Below are positions 59,101-64,000 of a DNA stretch of 64,000 bases, one piece after another. Origin of the DNA: Cyanophora paradoxa CCMP329 (lineage: Eukaryota; Plantae; Glaucophyta); assembly GCA_004431415.1 (NCBI GenBank), contig QPMI01000004.1, forward strand, positions 83,503 through 147,502. Reading direction: 5' to 3'. The first letter of the stretch is position 1, and the number at the start of each line of letters is the position of its first letter. The notes beneath the pieces are model-generated. The model worked only from the letters and a program-made list of their open reading frames with translations. It was not told the origin of the DNA and searched no databases. Made by a program: the position numbers and the translations under genes.

Positions 59101-62100
59101 TGCCTAAGGCTAGCGCCTTGTGCATGTTCCCCTGGAAAGTGTTTGTGTGCACCTGACCTTGCTGTTGTGGGCCCAACGGGAATTCAAACTGACCAGGGCT
59201 AAGAGGAGTGAACCCAGGAAACATCAAGTCCCCAAACACTCGGGGGTCCCACTTGGAAGGGCAGAGCCTCTTAGAGGCCTCTGCTGGGCAGGGTGCACCT
59301 GCCTAAGGCTAGCGCCTTGTGCATGTTCCCCTGGAAAGTTTTGTGTGCACCTGACTTGCTGTTGTGGGCCCAACGGGAATTCAAACTGACCAGGGCTAAG
59401 AGGAGTGAACCCAGGAAACATCAAGTCCCCAAACACTCGGGGGTCCCACTTGGAAGGGCAGAGCCTCTTAGAGGCCTCTGCTGGGCAGGGTGCACCTGCC
59501 TAAGGCTAGCGCCTTGTGCATGTTCCCCTGGAAAGTGTTTGTGTGCACCTGACTTCTGTTGTGGGCCCGACGGGAATTCAAACTGACCAGGGCTAAGAGG
59601 AGTGAACCCAGGAAACATCAAGTCCCCAAACACTCGGGGGTCCCACTTGGAAGGGCAGAGCCTCTTAGAGGCCTCTGCTGGGCAGGGTGCACCTGCCTAA
59701 GGCTAGCGCCTTGTGCATGTTCCCCTGGAAAGTTTTGTGTGCACCTGACTTCTGTTGTGGGCCCGACGGGAATTCAAACTGACCAGGGCTAAGAGGAGTG
59801 AACCCAGGAAACATCAAGTCCCCAAACACTCGGGGGTCCCACTTGGAAGGGCAGAGCCTCTTAGAGGCCTCTGCTGGGCAGGGTGCACCTGCCTAAGGCT
59901 AGCGCCTTGTGCATGTTCCCCTGGAAAGTGTTTGTGTGCACCTGACTTGCTGTTGTGGGCCCACGGGAATTCAAACTGACCAGGGCTAAGAGGAGTGAAC
60001 CCAGGAAACATCAAGTCCCCAAACACTCGGGGGTCCCACTTGGAAGGGCAGAGCCTCTTAGAGGGCCTCTGCTGGGCAGGGTGCACCTGCCTAAGGCTAG
60101 CGCCTTGTGCATGTTCCCCTGGAAAGTGTTTGTGTGCACCTGACTTGCTGTTGTGGGCCCACGGGAATTCAAACTGACCAGGGCTAAGAGGAGTGAACCC
60201 AGGAAACATCAAGTCCCCAAACACTCGGGGGTCCCACTTGGAAGGGCAGAGCCTCTTAGAGGCCTCTGCTGGGCAGGGTGCACCTGCCTAAGGCTAGCGC
60301 CTTGTGCATGTTCCCCTGGAAAGTGTTTGTGTGCACCTGACTTGCTGTTGTGGGCCCACGGGAATTCAAACTGACCAGGGCTAAGAGGAGTGAACCCAGG
60401 AAACATCAAGTCCCCAAACACTCGGGGGTCCCACTTGGAAGGGCAGAGCCTCTTAGAGGCCTCTGCTGGGCAGGGTGCACCTGCCTAAGGCTAGCGCCTT
60501 GTGCATGTTCCCCTGGAAAGTGTTTGTGTGCACCTGACTTGCTGTTGTGGGCCCACGGGAATTCAAACTGACCAGGGCTAAGAGGAGTGAACCCAGGAAA
60601 CATCAAGTCCCCAAACACTCGGCGGGTCCCACTTGGAAGGGCAGAGCCTCTTAAGGGCCTCTGCTGGGCAGGGTGCACCTGCCTAAGGCTAGCGCCTGTG
60701 CATGTTCCCCTGGAAAGTGTTTGTGTGCACCTGACTTCTGTTGTGGGCCCGACGGGAATTCAAACTGACCAGGGCTAAGAGGAGTGAACCCAGGAAACAT
60801 CAAGTCCCCAAACACTCGGCGGGTCCCACTTGGAAGGGCAGAGCCTCTTAGAGGGCCTCTGCTGGGCAGGGTGCACCTGCCTAAGGCTAGCGCCTTGTGC
60901 ATGTTCCCCTGGAAAGTGTTTGTGTGCACCTGACTTCTGTTGTGGGCCCGACGGGAATTCAAACTGACCAGGGCTAAGAGGGAGTGAACCCAGGAAACAC
61001 TCAAGTCCCCAAACACTAGGTGGGGTCCCACTTGGAAGGGCAGAGCCTCTTAGAGGGCCTCTGCTGGGCAGGGTGCACCTGCCTAAGGCTAGCGCCTTGT
61101 GCATGTTCCCCCTGGAAAGTGTTTGTGTGCACCTGACCTTGCTGTTGTGGGCCCGACGGGAATTCAAACTGACCAGGGCTAAGAGGGAGTGAACCCAGGA
61201 AACACTCAAGTCCCCAAACACTCGGCGGGGGTCCCACTTGGAAGGGCAGAGCCTCTTAGAGGCCTCTGCAGGGCAGGGTGCACCTGCCTAAGGCTAGCAC
61301 CTCGTGCATGTTCCCCTGGAAAGTGTTTGTGTGCACCTGACTTCTGTTGTGGGCCCGACGGGAATTCAAACTGACCAGGGCTAAGAGGAGTGAACCCAGG
61401 AAACATCAAGTCCCCAAACACTCGGGGGTCCCACTTGGAAGGGCAGAGCCTCTTAGAGGGCCTCTGCTGGGCAGGGTGCACCTGCCTAAGGCTAGCGCCT
61501 TGTGCATGTTCCCCTGGAAAGTTTTGTGTGCACCTGACTTCTGTTGTGGGCCCGACGGGAATTCAAACTGACCAGGGCTAAGAGGAGTGAACCCAGGAAA
61601 CATCAAGTCCCCAAACACTCGGGGGTCCCACTTGGAAGGGCAGAGCCTCTTAGAGGCCTCTGCTGGGCAGGGTGCACCTGCCTAAGGCTAGCGCCTTGTG
61701 CATGTTCCCCTGGAAAGTTTTGTGTGCACCTGACTTGCTGTTGTGGGCCCGACGGGAATTCAAACTGACCAGGGCTAAGAGGAGTGAACCCAGGAAACAC
61801 TCAAGTCCCCAAACACTCGGGGGTCCCACTTGGAAGGGCAGAGCCTCTTAGAGGCCTCTGCTGGGCTGGGTGCATCTGCCTAAGGCTAGCGCCTTGTGCA
61901 TGTTCTCCCTGGAAAGTGTTTGTGTGCACCTGACTTACTGTTGTGGGCCCGACGGGAATTCAAACTGACCAGGGCTAAGAGGGAGTGAACCCAGGAAACA
62001 TTCAAGTCCCCAAACACTCGGCGAGGATCCCACTTGGAAGGGCAGAGCCTCTTAGAGGCCTCTGCTGGGCAGGGTGCACCTGCCTAAGGCTAGCGCCTTG

Positions 62101-64000
62101 TGCATGTTCCCCTGGAAAGTGTTTGTGTGCACCTGACTTCTGTTGTGGGCCCGACGGGAATTCAAACTGACCAGGGCTAAGAAGGAGTGAACCCAGGAAA
62201 CATGCAAGTCCCCAAACACTCGGCGAGGATCCCACTTGGAAGGGCAGAGCCTCTTAGAGGCCTCTGCTGGGCAGGGTGCACCTGCCTAAGGCTAGCGCCT
62301 TGTGCATGTTCCCCTGGAAAGTGTTTGTGTGCACCTGACTTACTGTTGTGGGCCCGACGGGAATTCAAACTGACCAGGGCTAAGAGGGAGTGAACCCAGG
62401 AAACACTCAAGTCCCCAAACACTCGGCGGGGTCCCACTTGGAAGGGCAGAGCCTCTTAGTAGGCCTCTGCTGGGCAGGGTGCACCTGCCTAAGGCTAGCG
62501 CCTTGTGCATGTTCCCCTGGAAAGTGTTTGTGTGCACCTGACCTTCTGTTGTGGCCCGACGGGAATTCAAACTGACCAGGGCTAAGAGGAGTGAACCCAG
62601 GAAACATCAAGTCCCCAAACACTCGGCGGGTCCCACTTGGAAGGCAGAGCCTCTTAAGGCCTCTGCTGGGCAGGGTGCACCTGCCTAAGGCTAGCGCCTT
62701 GTGCATGTTCCCCTGGAAAGTTTTGTGTGCACCTGACTTCTGTTGTGGGCCCGACGGGAATTCAAACTGACCAGGGCTAAGAGGGAGTGAACCCAGGAAA
62801 CATCAAGTCCCCAAACACTCGGGGGTCCCACTTGGAAGGCAGAGCCTCTTAGAGGCCTCTGCTGGGCAGGGTGCACCTGCCTAAGGCTAGCGCCTTGTGC
62901 ATGTTCCCCTGGAAAGTTTTGTGTGCACCTGACTTCTGTTGTGGGCCCGACGGGAATTCAAACTGACCAGGGCTAAGAGGAGTGAACCCAGGAAACATCA
63001 AGTCCCAAACACTCGGGGGTCCCACTTGGAAGGGCAGAGCCTCTTAGAGGCCTCTGCTGGGCAGGGTGCACCTGCCTAAGGCTAGCGCCTTGTGCATGTT
63101 CCCCCTGAAAGTGTTTGTGTGCACCTGACCTTCTGTTGTGGGCCGACGGGAATTCAAACTGACCAGGGCTAAGAGGAGTGAACCCAGGAAACATTCAAGT
63201 CCCCAAACACTCGGCGGGTCCCACTTGGAAGGGCAGAGCCTCTTAAGGGCCTCTGCTGGGCAGGGTGCACCTGCCTAAGGCTAGCGCCTGTGCATGTTCC
63301 CCTGGAAAGTTTTGTGTGCACCTGACTTGCTGTTGTGGGCCGACGGGAATTCAAACTGACCAGGGCTAAGAGGAGTGAACCAGGAAACATTCAAGTCCCC
63401 AAACACTCGGGGGTCCCACTTGGAAGGGCAGAGCCTCTAAGGCCTGCTGGGCAGGGTGCACCTGCCTAGGCTAGCGCCTGTGCATGTTCCCCTGGAAAGT
63501 TTTGTGTGCACCTGACCTGCTGTTGTGGCCCAACGGGAATTCAAACTGACCAGGCTAAGAGGAGTGAACCCAGGAAACATTCAAGTCCCAAACACTCGGG
63601 GTCCCACTTGAAGGCAGAGCCTCTTAAGGCCTCTGCTGGGCAGGGTGCACCTGCCTAAGGCTAGCGCCTTGTGCATGTTCCCCCTGGAAAGTGTTTGTGT
63701 GCACCTGACTTCCTGTTGTGGGCCCGACGGGAATTCAAACTGACCAGGGCTAAGAGGAGTGAACCCAGGAAACATCAAGTCCCAAACACTCGGCGGGTCC
63801 CACTTGGAAGGGCAGAGCCTCTTAGAGGCCTCTGCTGGCAGGGTGCACCTGCCTAAGGCTAGCGCCTTGTGCATGTTCCCCCTGGAAAGGTTTGTGTGCA
63901 CCTGACTTGCTGTTGTGGCCCAACGGGAATTCAAACTGACCAGGGCTAAGAGGGAGTGAACCCAGGAAACACTCAAGTCCCCAAACACTGGGGGGTCCCA
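53148..64000. repeat. ~206-bp tandem satellite, distal block (runs off the window end)
   Basis: Same unit. The apparent period shrinks to ~197-200 distally through loss of bases mainly in homopolymers and at variable positions. Confidence 0.98.

Noticed and set aside
46918-64000. Dozens of repeated 60-200 aa ORFs (MNPGNTQVPKH.., MGPPPSVWGL..) in the satellite
   Set aside because: They arise in several frames on both strands from the tandem unit and are broken by indels. There is no sign of coding constraint.
46918-64000. CRISPR array or hammerhead-ribozyme satellite
   Set aside because: There are no unique spacers, and no CTGAnGA...GAAA hammerhead core was found on either strand of the unit.
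54400-64000. Progressive shortening of monomers from 206 to ~197 bp as a biological gradient
   Set aside because: Losses fall mainly in homopolymers and polymorphic positions and worsen toward the window end, which is typical of long-read consensus error.

Overview
GC-rich eukaryotic nuclear DNA with many short (~45-80 nt) spliceosomal introns. Flagellar genes (RSPH9, ODF3/SHIPPO-like) together with a plastid-type 'MASF' transit peptide on HisB suggest a flagellated alga, most plausibly a glaucophyte such as Cyanophora (inference). The window has three domains. (1) About 1-34 kb is a compact gene block in alternating orientation: kinesin-1, YHM2-type mitochondrial carrier, CTDSP-like phosphatase, WW/IQ protein, PKA catalytic subunit, eIF3g, ODF3-like, RSPH9, HisB, P4-ATPase, RPL23A, nucleotide-sugar transporter, a truncated FUT8-like gene and a frameshifted RWP-RK gene. 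(2) About 34-46.9 kb is a nested retroelement stack: a decayed Gag/CCHC ORF, two short (CT)n-tailed retroposon copies and an intact 8-kb APE-RT-RNase H non-LTR retrotransposon with a 14-bp TSD. (3) About 46.9-64 kb is a ~206-bp satellite array (candidate centromere). It is interrupted by a 2.4-kb, TSD-flanked, RT-less retroposon encoding one unrecognised ~585-aa protein. That element shares a 3' stem-loop and (CT)n tail with the two short copies, and this family is the best candidate for an undescribed system. Exon structures were inferred by eye and gene ends are approximate where stated. No database searches were run.
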